From Octopus vulgaris (lineage: Eukaryota), in contig OX597814.1 in the NCBI GenBank assembly GCA_951406725.2, forward strand, positions 37,634,001 through 37,698,000: a stretch of DNA of 64,000 bases, read 5' to 3'. Below are positions 1-14,510 of this stretch, piece after piece. Every line of letters begins with the position of its first letter. Within the stretch, counting starts at the first letter, position 1. The position numbers were made by a program, and so were the translations under genes. The notes beneath the pieces were generated by a model. It searched no databases. It was given only the letters and a program-made list of their open reading frames with translations, and had not been told where the DNA came from.

Positions 1-540
1 TCTTGCAAAACCTCCGCGTGCTGCTGAGTCTCTAGCTTCTTTATATCCACCGTTATCAGCTCCTTGGTGTATTCCTCGATGTTCTCTTTGATGTCACCTT
101 CATCATTATACAGGCTCATGGACTTCGCATTCGAGTCTTTTCAAATTGATGATAACACCCTGCCAGGCCACATCGATAATTCTAAGGCATATCACGATGT
201 TATAGCGGTCCTCCCAGCAATCCCGAAGGGTTAGGTTTGTGCCCGCCATCAACTCAATATAGCGACAAACAGGTGCTTGGTGAAGAGGTTCTTGATATTA
301 AAAATCACCAGCTGGTGCATGGGCTGCAGGATAGAGTGGTGTAAGGTGAAAGTTAGAGAATATTTATGAACTTCAACCCTTTGATAATGTCATCTTCGAG
401 GTAAGATGGTTGAGCAGGTGCTTTGTCCAAGACGAGAAGGGATTGCATGGCTCGGTTATCTTCCTAGAGGTATTTGTTAACGTGAGGAACAAAGACCGAA
501 TTAACCCCCTCCACAAAGAACTACCTGGTGACACACAGTT
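1..540 (-). pseudogene. Tigger/pogo-family (DDE_1) transposase remnant, running off the window start
   Basis: Manual minus-strand translation gives VFVPHVNKYL*...SLLVLDKAPAQP...ILQPMHQLVIFNIKNLFTKHLF...NLTLRDCW, matching the Tigger LLVLDNAPAHP and LQPMDQ motifs. Stops and frameshifts are present. Confidence 0.8.
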
Positions 541-544
541 TACC

Positions 545-2194
<1,650 letters not shown>

Positions 2195-2818
2195 TATATA
2201 CATACATATATATGCTGTGTGTGTGCGTGCATGTGTGCATTTGTGTGTGCATTTGTGCACGTGTGCATTTGTGCACGTGTGCATTTGTGCACTGTGCATT
2301 TGTGCATGTGTGTGCGCGTTTGTGCATGCACGTGTGTGTGTGTGTTACATGCATACATGTTACATGCATGAACGAGCTATTCTCATTTATAGAATAGTTA
2401 TATTACCGGAAATGCACTTTGCTGTATTTCTCCTGGTACTATATTTACTAAAATTAAATTTTCGCAACGTTAGCTTTTGAATATCTTACTTTTAACTTCA
2501 GTAAAAGGAGGTCCCCATCGATTAGTGTTATCCATTAAATAATGCAGACCTCATCACTTCGAAAATTGTTGTTCATTCACGTACATGAGAAACAAATTCA
2601 AACAGATTCGATTTGTTGAACATTTAGATTGTGGGAGAGACTCATTAGAAGTCTTCACACAAGAAAGCATTTATCTTGAGTTCAAATTTTGTTGTGGTCT
2701 ACATTGCTTTTCCTCATTGCGGTGTTCGTAAAATTATATCCGTATCCAGGATTGGGATCCATGCAATTGGGTAGCCCGATGGCACATAAACATTATATCA
2801 TGGCCTGTTGCTGTAAAT

Positions 2819-2859
<41 letters not shown>

Positions 2860-2867
2860 TGTATGCG

Positions 2868-2899
<32 letters not shown>

Positions 2900-2900
<1 letters not shown>

Positions 2901-3044
2901 CACCGCCTTTAGTCGATCAAATCGACCCCGGAACTTATTCTTTGTTAGCCCAGTACTTACGCTATCGGTCTCTTTTGCCGAACCGCTATGTTACGGGGAC
3001 GTAAACACACCAGCATCGGTTGTCAAGCAATGCTAGGAGGACAA

Positions 3045-3083
<39 letters not shown>

Positions 3084-3256
3084 CATATATACGACAGGCT
3101 TCTTTCAGTTTCCGTCTACCAAATCCACTCACAAGGCATAGTTCGGCCCGGGGCTATAGCAGAAGACACTTGCCCAAGATGCCACGCAGTGGGACTGAAC
3201 CCGCAACCATGTGGTTGGTTAGCAAGCTACTTACCACACAGCCACTCCTGCGCCTA
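2900..3256 (-). mobile_element. tRNA-derived SINE family B with internal (CA)/(TA) tract
   Basis: Head GGCGCAGGAGTGGCTGTGTGGTAAG...GGGTTCAGTCCCACTGCGTGGCA. Homologous copies lie at 5295, 20815, 22176, 30290, 31512 and 37812. Confidence 0.85.
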
Positions 3257-5245
3257 TATATACAATTTTAGATGAACGTTTCTTAGTCTCCCTTTATGTA
3301 AAAGCACTAAGAGATGGGAAGAGAGAGAAAAAGAGAGCAAAAGAGTGGGAGGTAACATTTGATTAATTACAGATATATAATTCTGTCAATATATTTAGCT
3401 TTCTTTTAGATGAACCGATATTACTAAATTATACTTATGCTTTCGATTTAATTTCCTTAATTTTTCCTCTTATAACGCTTAACTTGACATGTATGTCCTT
3501 TTTATTTTATATTGTATTTTTGCGCTTTATTTAGTGGTATAAGTATCGGAAATATGGCTACAAGACTTCTTTAAAATACAACAAATTTTATATGCAGTTC
3601 AGGTATTGTCTTATACATCATACCGCCCCCTATGAGTTTCAAAATTGTAACGTTTATGATCATGAAATAACTTGTTTTATTTCTCTATTTATTATTATTT
3701 ATTTTTATATACCTAATTACCTCACCAAATTTAACAACAATAAAAACAGAAAAACACGACTCTTATCTATTTGATTTTATTTTGCTACTATAAATGCCCA
3801 TCTGAATAGTTATTATTTCACATGCCGTTACAATCGTGGATGAAAGATTAATTTATTGAGGAATAACTTGTAGATACGAATTTATACGAAATTTTCTTTT
3901 AAAATTATATATTTTCATGCTAAATATTGCTTTACACAATTTAAAATCATGTAAGTATATCTTCTCATCTTTTACTGTGAAAAATGAAGAGACCATCTCG
4001 CTTTCAAGATATAAACTTTGTACGTCTTTTCTTCTTATCTACGAACAACTACAGTTCTGCTTATATATTCTTATACATAACAACGTCGCTGAAGAGGAAG
4101 CATGTAGGAAATTAGAAAGTCAGTGTAAAAATATTGCTTCAAAGTATACATGAAAGAATTGCTTTTCTCTAAAAATTAAATCGGCAATGTAGGATTAAAA
4201 ATGTGCAGCCGAAGAAATATAGAAATTTTAATCGAACTCAAAGCTTTAGCGTCACAAAATGCGTAGATTAATTTAAATAATATGAATGCACTATACCCAA
4301 GAAATTATGGCTATAACGTTATAATAATTTTATTAAAACTTCAATATATTTTTCCTATCAAACCAAAACCTTTGAAATTTTGGTTACATATAAGAGTCTA
4401 ACAGATAAAATAAGCAAAAAATCTGGGAAAACATTCACTGTTTGAAGGATAACAAAATATCCTTTAAAATGAGATAACACCGTAGAGCAATAAAGTATAT
4501 TAGAAAATTTGGCGAGTGAGAAATAAAGAAAATGTACAGGCAATATAAGTTATTCAAACAATTTTTTGTATTCTACTATAACATTGATCTTCTTAAATCT
4601 AAGACATCGATAACATTTCTTCTCTTGTTTAATCAGAGGTTATTTCTGATACTTTCTTGATAAGCATTTTATTAACAAAGTTATCCGTCGGATATGTATT
4701 AAAAGAATGGAAAAATAATTCTATCAATTAAGCAATTCTCTTATACATCTGTCAAGTAAATACATGAATATAATAAAAGAAATCGAGTATTCGTGCATTA
4801 GGATTTGTTTAACGCAAAGCTGGTTTACCTGGAGGTACAGATTGCAAGTCAAATAATAAATGGCTGAATAATAAAAAGAAATACAAACTACTATTTTCTT
4901 TCCAGCTTAATATCAATGTCTAAAATGAATATATGACAAACACACGATTAGGGTGTTATGTACACTGAGATATAGTATACTTTCATGCATGTAGTTAAAT
5001 TCCCATAGAGAATTGTACAAATTTGAAGTACGATTATTACAACCAAACCATTAATTCACGTATATGCACATACACTCATACTCATATGGTTATATATATT
5101 ATGTGGTACTTATCGTGACCACAGCCTTCCGGCTGGAGCGTGTGCGGCTATAGGAAAAATATATACATATGGTTAAATGCCACCATTTCTTTGAGACGTA
5201 TGAAGGGGCTGATGGAAGCAGCAACAAACTGATTAATAACATAAA

Positions 5246-5294
<49 letters not shown>

Positions 5295-5297
<3 letters not shown>

Positions 5298-5460
5298 CAC
5301 AGGAGTGGGTGTGTGGTAAGTAGCTTGCTAACCAACCACATGGTTCCGGGTCAAGTCCAACTGCGTGGCATCTTGGGCAAGTGTCTTCTGCTATAGCCCC
5401 GGGAAGACCAATGCCTTGTGAGTAGATTTGGTAGACGGAAACTGAAAGAAGCCTGTCGTA
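5295..5460 (+). mobile_element. SINE family B, 5' half
   Basis: High similarity to the reverse complement of 3090-3256. Confidence 0.85.
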
Positions 5461-5591
5461 TATATGTACAAATATATATATATATATGTGTGTGTGCGTG
5501 TGTACGTGTTATATATTGGTATCTGTACGCAAATATTTATCGGTATGTATATATATATATATATATATTCACTTATATATTGTCGGTATAC

Positions 5592-5650
5592 CTCTATTGA
5601 AGAGTTTAAAGAAATTTTTATTATAAAGCACGAAACCTTAATATATAGAG
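5592..5650 (+). ncRNA. Degenerate type I hammerhead ribozyme motif
   Basis: CTCTA-TTGAAGA-[G...C stem II]-GAAAC-CTTAAT-ATA-TAGAG. Stem I CTCTA/TAGAG pairs, but the core has C3>U and stem III is imperfect. Confidence 0.45.
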
Positions 5651-5868
5651 TTGTCTGGAATGTTATAAATCTTCTTATATAATTATATTTAAATGTTAAT
5701 TTTACCGATAGCGTGTTATTCTTCACCGGGTATCAAACAATACTGTTTCGCTCTCCCTTATTCTTGTTGCTTTTTCCCACCATTTTGTTCTGTAACGTGA
5801 CCTGCAGCCAGCTGACCTTCTCCTCTTTGTATCTGTATTCCGCACTGGTCCCGTAGCTGACCAGTCGC

Positions 5869-5917
<49 letters not shown>

Positions 5918-6506
5918 TCTCTATCATATAGGACATCTTCTAAGCGTTACCCACTATTCTTGTTTTCCTTGTCATAAGGTCGTATTTCGCTCGTCTGATC
6001 GTCTTTGTCTACTGTCCTAAATCAGATTATATGTTGTTTTGCTTTGTTTTGTTATCTCTCGGCATTGAATTCTTCGCAAAAGATTTGTGCACGTACCGCC
6101 AATAAGGGAAGCCCTATAATGGTGTTAAACTGAGTATTGCCAATTATTTGATAACTGATGAAGAATTAGGGACCTTCTATGTTTGTCTCTCGTCCGGTTG
6201 TACTCTCAGAATACGTAATTTGTAATTTAAAAAAAATATTGAACTCTTTAGTAGTAAAAAAAATATTTTCTCTACCGAGAACATTTGCTTTATGCCAGGA
6301 AAACATCTTTATTTCAAGATTTTGCTATAAAGGCATTACACAGAGGGAGAAGCTTGGTAGTTGGACAAGGACATTAATGAGATGAGTGCATAAAAGGATG
6401 GTATTAATTGGAAGAAGACACAAGACTGTAGGGAATATACGCCGAAACGCTGTTTTAACAACAAACAAAATGAGGACAAATATTCGTCAAATGTAAATAA
6501 TGTAAA

Positions 6507-6517
6507 ATGACAACAAC

Positions 6518-6572
<55 letters not shown>

Positions 6573-6710
6573 TCAATGATGATGACGATGATGATGATGA
6601 TGATGATGATGATAATAATAATAATAATAATAATAATTATAATAATAATAATGATAATAATAATAATGATAATAATAATAATAATAATGATAATAATAAT
6701 AATAATAATA

Positions 6711-6784
<74 letters not shown>
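6507..6784. repeat. (AAT)n/(GAT)n microsatellite, 5' flank of Dong-like LINE A
   Basis: Direct reading of the sequence. Confidence 0.97.
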
Positions 6785-6787
<3 letters not shown>

Positions 6788-7209
6788 GAAACGCTGAAAC
6801 AAAAAGTCCAAGCAAAAGCCCAAAGAATACGAAGATTTGAGAAGAGAAACAAGTTTTACAAGCAAAATAAGCTGTTCACATCCAATGCCAAAAAATCCTA
6901 CAGAGAAATAGGGAAGGAGAAAGTAACCATTAAAGACCCCCCTCCCATGGAAGAAGTTCAAAACTTTTGGAAAAGGATTTGGAGTGACACGAAGACGTAC
7001 AACATAAATGCAGACTGGATTATACAAACTGAAGGATCCTACCAAAATTTACAACAACAAGCATGGGAAGACATCACAATAGCAGACCTAAGAAAGGCAC
7101 TCACGAAGGCCCATAATTGGAAATACCCCGGTAAAGATAGGGTGCCGAATTTCTGGCTCGCATCGCTCCCATGCGCACACGGTAAGCAATTCAGCTGCTC
7201 AATGGAATT

Positions 7210-8991
7210 ATGAGAGACCCAAAGAAAGCACCTGAATGGTTAGCAAGTGGCATTACTTACCTACTCCCAAAGAATAACGAAACCAACCTTCCAAAAAACT
7301 ATCGGCCTATAACCTGTCTATCCACCACGTATAAAATCCTAACATCTATCCTGGCGGAGAAAACATATGCATTCATGGAGAAGAACGATATTTTCCCCAT
7401 TGAACAAAAAGGGTGCCGCCGAGGCTCTTACGGATGCAAAGATCAACTGCTAATCAATCGTATGATCCTTGAGAACTGTCACAACAAGCGCAGAAATCTC
7501 AGCACCGCATGGATTGACTATAAAAAGGCTTTCGACAGTATACCGCATCCATGGATCTTGAGATCGCTGGACATCTTCAAAATTTCCCCTGTGATTTCAA
7601 ACTTCCTGAAGCACAATATGTCGTTGTGGAATACGAATCTCCAATTATACCACTCTAATGGAGTACTTGCCTCAGAAAATATAAACATCAACTGTGGAAT
7701 TTTTCAAGGTGACTCACTTTCACCTTTAATATTCTGCATAGCCCTAATACCCCTTACAAGTGAATTAAACAGAACAGGGTATGGGTATAAAATTGCCAAT
7801 AAAAAAATAAGCCATCTATTTTATATGGATGACTTAAAACTTTATGGTAAAGACAATAATGATCTTGAAGGCCTATTGCGCACCATGAAAGCATTCAGCG
7901 ATGACATCGGGATGGAGCTTGGACTTGAAAAGTGTGTCAAGGCCACTTTCCAGAAAGGGAAAGTGAAGACCACAAATTCAGTCGTGTTAGATGTTGACAC
8001 AGTCATAAGAGAGCTTGAGCAAGAGCAAACATACAAATATTTAGGGATAAATGAAGGCTCTGGTATTCAGCATGCAAGCATGAAAGAGAAGATCAGGAAG
8101 GTATGTTATAGGAGAGTTCGTGCAGTCCCGAAATCTGAACTAAATGCACGTAACAAGATGTTAGCTATAAATTCCTTAGCAGTTCCAGTTGTTACTTATA
8201 GCTACAATGTGTTGAACTGGAATATGAGTGAAGTAAAGAATATAGATAGGAAAATACGCAAGCTGCTGAGTTGTAATAGGATGCACCACCCAAAGGCAGA
8301 CGTAGATCGCCTTTACCTTCCCAGAGCCCAAGGAGGTCGAGGCCTGATCCAATTTGAACTAGCTTACAAAACAACCACAATTGGACTGGCCAAATATCTC
8401 GAAATATCGAATGACTGGATGCTAAAGCTCGTGGAAAATCACGAGAGACGAAAGAAGCTTCATTCTATCATAAAGGAAAGCAAAAGATGTGCTATTGATA
8501 TCGTGCAGGATACCCAAACTGAACAACCCGAGGGAAGTACTGCAACTATTGTTGCAAAGAAGGTGAAAATGATGGCAATGAAAAAAGCGCACGAGCAATT
8601 GGCTGATAGGTGGGAGGAGAAACCTCTGCACGGCAAATATGTGACCCGCAGCGAACAAGCTGATGTTGACCAGAAGCAAACCCATCAGTGGCTACGGAGC
8701 TCAGGGCTAAAAGCAGAGAGCGAAGGTTTCATCCTGGCTGCTCAAGATCAAAGCCTATTAACCCGGAACTACCAGGCCAATGTGATGAAAAATGGAGCAG
8801 ACCCAAAATGCCGATTCTGCAACGACATGATTGAAACAGTGGACCACCTAATCTCTGGATGTAAAGTCTTAGCACCAGTGGAGTATAAATTAAGACATGA
8901 CAGAGTTGGCCAATATCGCCACTGGCTAATAAGTCGGCATTACAATATCAAAACTGCCGACAAGTGGTATAATCACCACCTGAGGCTGTAA
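7210..8991 (+). CDS. Non-LTR reverse transcriptase with C-terminal CCHC zinc knuckle (main intact segment, 593 aa)
   Basis: Motifs NYRPITCL, EQKGC, WIDYKKAFDSIPH, GIFQGDSLSP, YMDDLKL, YKYLG, GGRGL, CRFC...HLISGC and RHD. Confidence 0.9.
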   Translation: MRDPKKAPEWLASGITYLLPKNNETNLPKNYRPITCLSTTYKILTSILAEKTYAFMEKNDIFPIEQKGCRRGSYGCKDQLLINRMILENCHNKRRNLSTAWIDYKKAFDSIPHPWILRSLDIFKISPVISNFLKHNMSLWNTNLQLYHSNGVLASENININCGIFQGDSLSPLIFCIALIPLTSELNRTGYGYKIANKKISHLFYMDDLKLYGKDNNDLEGLLRTMKAFSDDIGMELGLEKCVKATFQKGKVKTTNSVVLDVDTVIRELEQEQTYKYLGINEGSGIQHASMKEKIRKVCYRRVRAVPKSELNARNKMLAINSLAVPVVTYSYNVLNWNMSEVKNIDRKIRKLLSCNRMHHPKADVDRLYLPRAQGGRGLIQFELAYKTTTIGLAKYLEISNDWMLKLVENHERRKKLHSIIKESKRCAIDIVQDTQTEQPEGSTATIVAKKVKMMAMKKAHEQLADRWEEKPLHGKYVTRSEQADVDQKQTHQWLRSSGLKAESEGFILAAQDQSLLTRNYQANVMKNGADPKCRFCNDMIETVDHLISGCKVLAPVEYKLRHDRVGQYRHWLISRHYNIKTADKWYNHHLRL

Positions 8992-9374
8992 CTGAAGGAG
9001 AAAATGTAACCATTCTGTGGGACTTTCTAGTACATACAGACCGAACCATCAAGGCCAATAAACCAGATATTGTTGTGAAAGACCAAAACAATAAAGTTTG
9101 CTTATTGATCGACATGAGCATCCCCTGTGATCATAATATCTCAGCGAAAGAGTTTGACAAGCTCAGAAAATATAAAGACCTACTCATTGAAATTGAGAAA
9201 ATGTGGCATCTCAAGGCGGTTACAATACCAGTGATCGTAGGACCACTAGGAATGATCAAGAAGGGAACCGAAAATTATATGAGAATGATCCCTGGCTTAC
9301 CATCCCTGCAAGAAGTGCAAAAGATTGTCTTAACTGGTACATCACACGTATTGAGAAGAGCATTGTCGATGTGA
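8990..9374 (+). CDS. Restriction-like endonuclease (PD-(D/E)xK) domain of LINE A, in a shifted frame
   Basis: ILWDF...TDRTIKANKPDIVV...LIDMSIP...KLRKYKDL...IPVIVG. Confidence 0.85.
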
Positions 9375-9545
9375 GAACTGTTGCTGCTAATGTATTTTAA
9401 TTTAACTTAAAAAAAACAAAAACTAACGAACTACTGAGTTTGGTTTAATGGCCTACCAATGTATACTATGAGTTTCTTTGCCCTAGGAGTCGGGAAGACA
9501 CTCGGCAAGAAATGGAAGCAAATTTGAAAGAAGAAAAAAAAAGTG

Positions 9546-9678
<133 letters not shown>

Positions 9679-10856
9679 GCACAAAGTGGCACACTCGGAG
9701 ACTTGCAAAATCATCTGGGATTTCACAGTCCAAACTGATCAGGTGCTAATAGAAGGACCTAGTGTTGGTGGACAAGGTGCACCTCATATGCTATATAGTA
9801 TTTTGCATGCACGTTTGACCCACGAATAGTCAATAAGGAAGGCGAAAAGATAGATGCAACCCTCTTAATTATGTAATTGCCCAGCTATGTATAATGAAGA
9901 ATGCGTAGTTAATACGGTGCTGCAGCATGTCTTCAGTCAAATGATGGAAATGGGTAAAAGAATAAAAGATTATTAGAATATCATAACAGCTGTCAGCGTG
10001 TTGTGAAATATTCAATTTGTTATTCAGTCGTTAGATGCAGAATTGAATGCTTCTGTAGCAGGAGGAAATATTTCTCTACTGGAAGCAACATTGCTCTACT
10101 GTTGTGTTCTTATCTTCGGGGCAAGTTAAGAAAATATTTGTTACGTTATGTCTGTTTTTCTGCAGACATTCTTACCCAAATTGAGTTCAAGGACCTGTAA
10201 TAACATACTGGAGGATATTTTAGGGTAGCTATTTATGGCACCACTGTCAATTTTTCGTAATAATTTTGGGCAGATCGATGATGCTTAGTTAAGTAAAATT
10301 TGGTCCGTAATGAGGGATCATATCATATTCATCACAGTGGTATTTTTGATAGGTAACTCTAGTTGTTCGTTCATATGCAGGCGAATGAGTTTGTAGGACT
10401 CAAATATTCTCTGTATTGCACTAAATTTCAACGTTGTGTGGGTTGAAGACAACTTCATATCCTCATGACAATAATACGATACCGGATATTTATCTATCAA
10501 AATGACAGCTGAAGCAAAGAGGCAGAAAACACTGATGTGGCAGACACTGTGGAAGACCTTTATGTGGCTAAAGCGTTCTTTTTATACTGAATTTAGAAAC
10601 ATAGCTGGTAGCATGCATTGTGGGTGGAAATCACTTTTGCTTACGTAAACACAATTACACGCATAAAATCACACGCGCAAACAAACATATATTCATATTT
10701 TTTTATATGGCTTTATTGTAAAAAAATTATTTATCCAAACCTTGTTTTCACATTTTCTGATGTTTTACACGTTTCACGACAAAAGATGTAAGATATGAAT
10801 TTATTTTTATTTGGTTTAAAAAATACCGTTGTGTGTTAATACTAGTAACTATTAAC

Positions 10857-11750
10857 GCAGCGAGCTGGCGGGAACCTTAACATGTCGGGCGAATTGCATA
10901 AAGGTATTTCGTCTGCCACTACGTTCTGAGTTCAAAATTCCGCCGAGGTCGACTTTCATACTTTCGGGATCGATAAATTCAGTACCAGTTGCACACTGGG
11001 GTCAATGTAATCTACTTCATCCCTTTGTCTGTCCTTGTTTGTTCCCTCTTTGTTTAGCCCCTTGTGGGCAATAAATAAATAAGAAACGCCGGACAAAATG
11101 CTTAACAGTATTTCGTCTGTCTTTACGTTCTGTGTTCAAATTCCGCCGAGGTCGACTTTATAGATCAGATGCATACTGGGGTCGCTCTAATCGACTGGCC
11201 CCCTCCCCCAAAATTGTGGGCCTTGTGCCTAGAGTAGAAATTATTTTAAGGCAGCGAGCTGGCAGAAACGTTAGCACGCCGGACGAAGTGCTTAGCGGTT
11301 TCCTGTCAGTCTTTACGTTCTGAGTTCAAATTCCACCATGGTCGACTTTGCTTTTCATTCTTTCGGGGTTGGTAAATTAAGTGCCAGTTGCGCACTGGTT
11401 CGATCTAGTCGACTGGTCCCCTCCCCAAAAATTTCAGGCCTTGTGCCTAGAGTAGAAAAATTATTTAAATTGAAATCCCGCAGAGGTCGAATTTGCCTTT
11501 AATCCTTTCGTAGTCGATAAATTAAATACCAGTTTTGTACTGGGGTCGATGTAACCGACTGACCCCTTTCTCCAAAATTTTAGGCTTTGTGCCTAGAGTA
11601 GAAAACAGTATTACTAATAATGTTTTAAAGGCGTTGAGGAAGCAGACTCGTTAGATTGCCGTCTTTCCTCATTTAGGGATCGCTAAAAAAAGTACTATTT
11701 GAGCACCGGGTTCGATGTAATCGAAATTGCTGGCCTTGTGCCAAAATATT
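10857..11750 (+). mobile_element. Tandem cluster of about five SINE family C copies or fragments
   Basis: Repeated GCGAGCTGGCAGAAACGTTAGCACGCCGG...TTCTGAGTTCAAATTCCGCCGAGGTCGACTTT...GGGGTCGAT units with a B-box-like GAGTTCAAATTCC. Confidence 0.8.
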
Positions 11751-12368
11751 AACTAATATTACTGATTAATTTTAGATGAGTTTTCTGACTCGTACAGATG
11801 CGCTAAACGATATTCTATATTTACAACTTCTGTTCATGGTCGATACTAAGCTACATATTCATTGACTTTGCACAGAAGGGTGATGTACTGTAAATTTGTT
11901 TACTTATGCAAACAATATTAAAGACAACACCCTATTAATTTTACTGCCAACGAGATAATAAATTGTAACGTAATATAGTCAGCTATAGTTACATTGAATT
12001 TTATCTATCACTATATTTCAAATGCACATTCATCTGATCTTGTATATTGTTTCAATATTATTGTTGTTCTCTAAATGTTTGCAAACGAAAAATATCTAAT
12101 TACATTCGAAAATTGTTCATCATTTGATTTACAATTCATTATAATGTTAAAGCAGATGTTTATGCATATAGACTTTTACTGTAAGAAATAGAAATGAATA
12201 CTCAACATCATGGTAATTTTCGTACTTTTCAATGTTGATGATATGACCAATGTTTTGATTTTGATTTTTCGAAATCATGGAATCATGCATTCCACCTAAA
12301 GACATATATAGACATAACTGCTTACCTACCTACGTACACACATATATATATATATATAAATTTATAAA

Positions 12369-14367
12369 CACTGGCCAAAATAAGTTTAGGACCGATGATG
12401 ACAGTTCTATTCCTTCACTGTGGAGGCGCAATGGGCTAATGGTTAGGGCAGCGGACACGCTGTCACAGAAGCGCGGTTTCGATTCCTGGATCGGGCGTTG
12501 TGAGTGTTTATTGATCGAAAATACCGAAAGCTCCACGAGGTTCTTGCAGAGGCTGAGGGCTAACCCTGCGGTATTCTTTCAGTACAACTTTCAATCTTTC
12601 TTCCTGTTTCTGTTGCATATTTATTTCAAAGGGCCAGACATGTTACACTCTGTGTTACACTGAAACTCCCCGAGAACTACGTTAAATGTACACGTGTCAG
12701 TGGAGTGTTCAGCCACTTACACGTTAATTTTACGAGCAGGCTGTTCTGTTGATCGGACCAACTGGAACCCTCTTCGTCGTAACCGACGGAGTTCCAAGAC
12801 GATTCCTTCAGTAATATATCTTTAACAAAGCAGTATAAAATTATTTTACTTGTTACAGTATATGTAGATTTTTTTCCTCTTTCGAATGATATAAGGTTTA
12901 TATATCTTTCTTCAATTCGAATAATTTTATTGCGCACTTAATTTAAACGATTACAAATTATTGGCCAAATAGGTTTATGACCGCACCAAGATTATGCATA
13001 TTAATAAACCAAATGGTTGGTAGTACTGCACTGTTTTGTGTAATAATCCATTATTGTTACGTATTAATTCGCTATGGGAAAGCGTCACAGTATCATCCCA
13101 GTTACTAGATCAAAGATCGTGTTTCTTCATCAGCAGTATGTCTCCTTCATGAACATTAGCAAGCAATTAGGATGCAGCAATGCGGTTTGTGTTGAAGCAG
13201 GGAAACTTTACCAAACCACTGGCCAATTTAACAGTAAAGATGGATCGGCAAATTCATGGGCTCCCTGAAGTTAGCCAAATGCTAACGGCAGTGGACATTT
13301 CCAACCACTTATCTGGTGAAACTGGCATTAGTTTCACACAGCAAATCGTCTGAAACCACCTACAGAATTTGGACTGTCCTGCCGCATCGCTCGAAAGAAT
13401 CCGATAATTTCTGAGACGAACAGGTGCAGGCGGATCAGGTTTGTTAAAAGCCATACTGAATGGACGGCCGAAGTCTGGTCAAAAGTCCATTGTATGGACG
13501 AATCCCACTTCTGCATTTTTGGATCAGATGAAAGGATATATGTTAGACGCTGTCCAACTGAAGAATTCCATCCTAAGTGTGTCGAGAAAACGGGGCAAGC
13601 GGGAGGTGTGTTTCTGGAGGTAACGGCGTGGGCCACGAGTAACAACTTAGGTGTTAGTCCAATTGTTAGGGTTGATGCCAGACTGAACTGTGAAGGTTAT
13701 CTGCAATTAGTAAATGGAAATGTGCTGCCATATTTATATAATCAGATGCAACCCGGAACTATTTTCCAATAGGACAACCTAGTTAATAAGGCTAGGAAAG
13801 TTTTGCAATATTTTGAGTGCATTTGTATGATGGTTACTGAGTGACACCCGCAGAGCCCTGATTTGAATCCGAAAAGAACATTTATGAATTTATGGAATTA
13901 CGTTCCTAAAAGAATTCATGCTAAAAAACAAGCAACAGATATGTGCCAATTATATCATTTTATTGAAGAAATATAAAAGAACATTAGAAGTGAGTTTTTT
14001 GTGCTGATTTGTCGAACGCCATGTCGTATGCTTGTAAGGCTATAATTGAAAATAAAGACTATGGAACTAGATACTAATAATAAATTTTCGTTCGTTGATC
14101 ATTTCTGTCGTAAATTTTCAATTTAAAGAAAATAATGGTGGTACGGTCTGAAATTCATTTTGACAAAAAAAGTTTCATCATTTGAATTTATTGCGCATTA
14201 AAATTATTCAAATTGTAGAATAATATATAATGCCTATATCATTCAAAAGAGAAAATAATTCCACATAAACTGTAGAAAGTAGAATAATTTTATACCGTTT
14301 TGTTAATAACAATTTAATGGAAAATATAGGACTCTTATCATCGACCTTAAATTTATTTTGCCCAGTG
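12369..14367 (+). mobile_element. Decayed Tc1-like transposon with long (about 200 bp) TIRs
   Basis: Left TIR CACTGGCCAAAATAAGTTT..., split by a SINE, matches the reverse complement of 14180-14367 (...TTTTGCCCAGTG|TA). Transposase remnants at 13074-14080 include DESHF, IFQ*DN and PQSPDLNP. Confidence 0.9.
12418..12801 (+). mobile_element. Full-length SINE (family A head) inserted in the Tc1 left TIR
   Basis: tRNA-like head. Target-site duplication ATTCCTTCA at 12409-12417 and 12802-12810. Confidence 0.88.
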
Positions 14368-14393
14368 TATATATGTATATATGTATATATGTA

Positions 14394-14471
<78 letters not shown>

Positions 14472-14510
14472 TACGTATGTATATGTATGTATATACATAT
14501 ATATATATAT

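Larger units (their letters stand above)
6785..9545 (+). mobile_element. R4/Dong-clade non-LTR retrotransposon A (RT, CCHC knuckle, restriction-like endonuclease), 5'-truncated
   Basis: One long ORF broken by two frameshifts (about 7200 and 8985), with a short 3' UTR ending in (AAT)n. It is flanked by (AAT)n on both sides, the known Dong target. Confidence 0.93.

Noticed and set aside
4085-4130. CTGAAGA...GAAAGTC
   Set aside because: No supporting stems I, II or III; a chance match.
6415-6505. Half-hammerhead G.CTG...GCC-GAAACGCTGT next to the AAT tract
   Set aside because: There is no CUGANGA box upstream. It may be a deleted Penelope-type end, but it is not supportable as a ribozyme.
10857-11750. 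CRISPR-like repeat array
   Set aside because: The units are long, degenerate SINE fragments without regular spacers, in a eukaryotic context with no cas genes.
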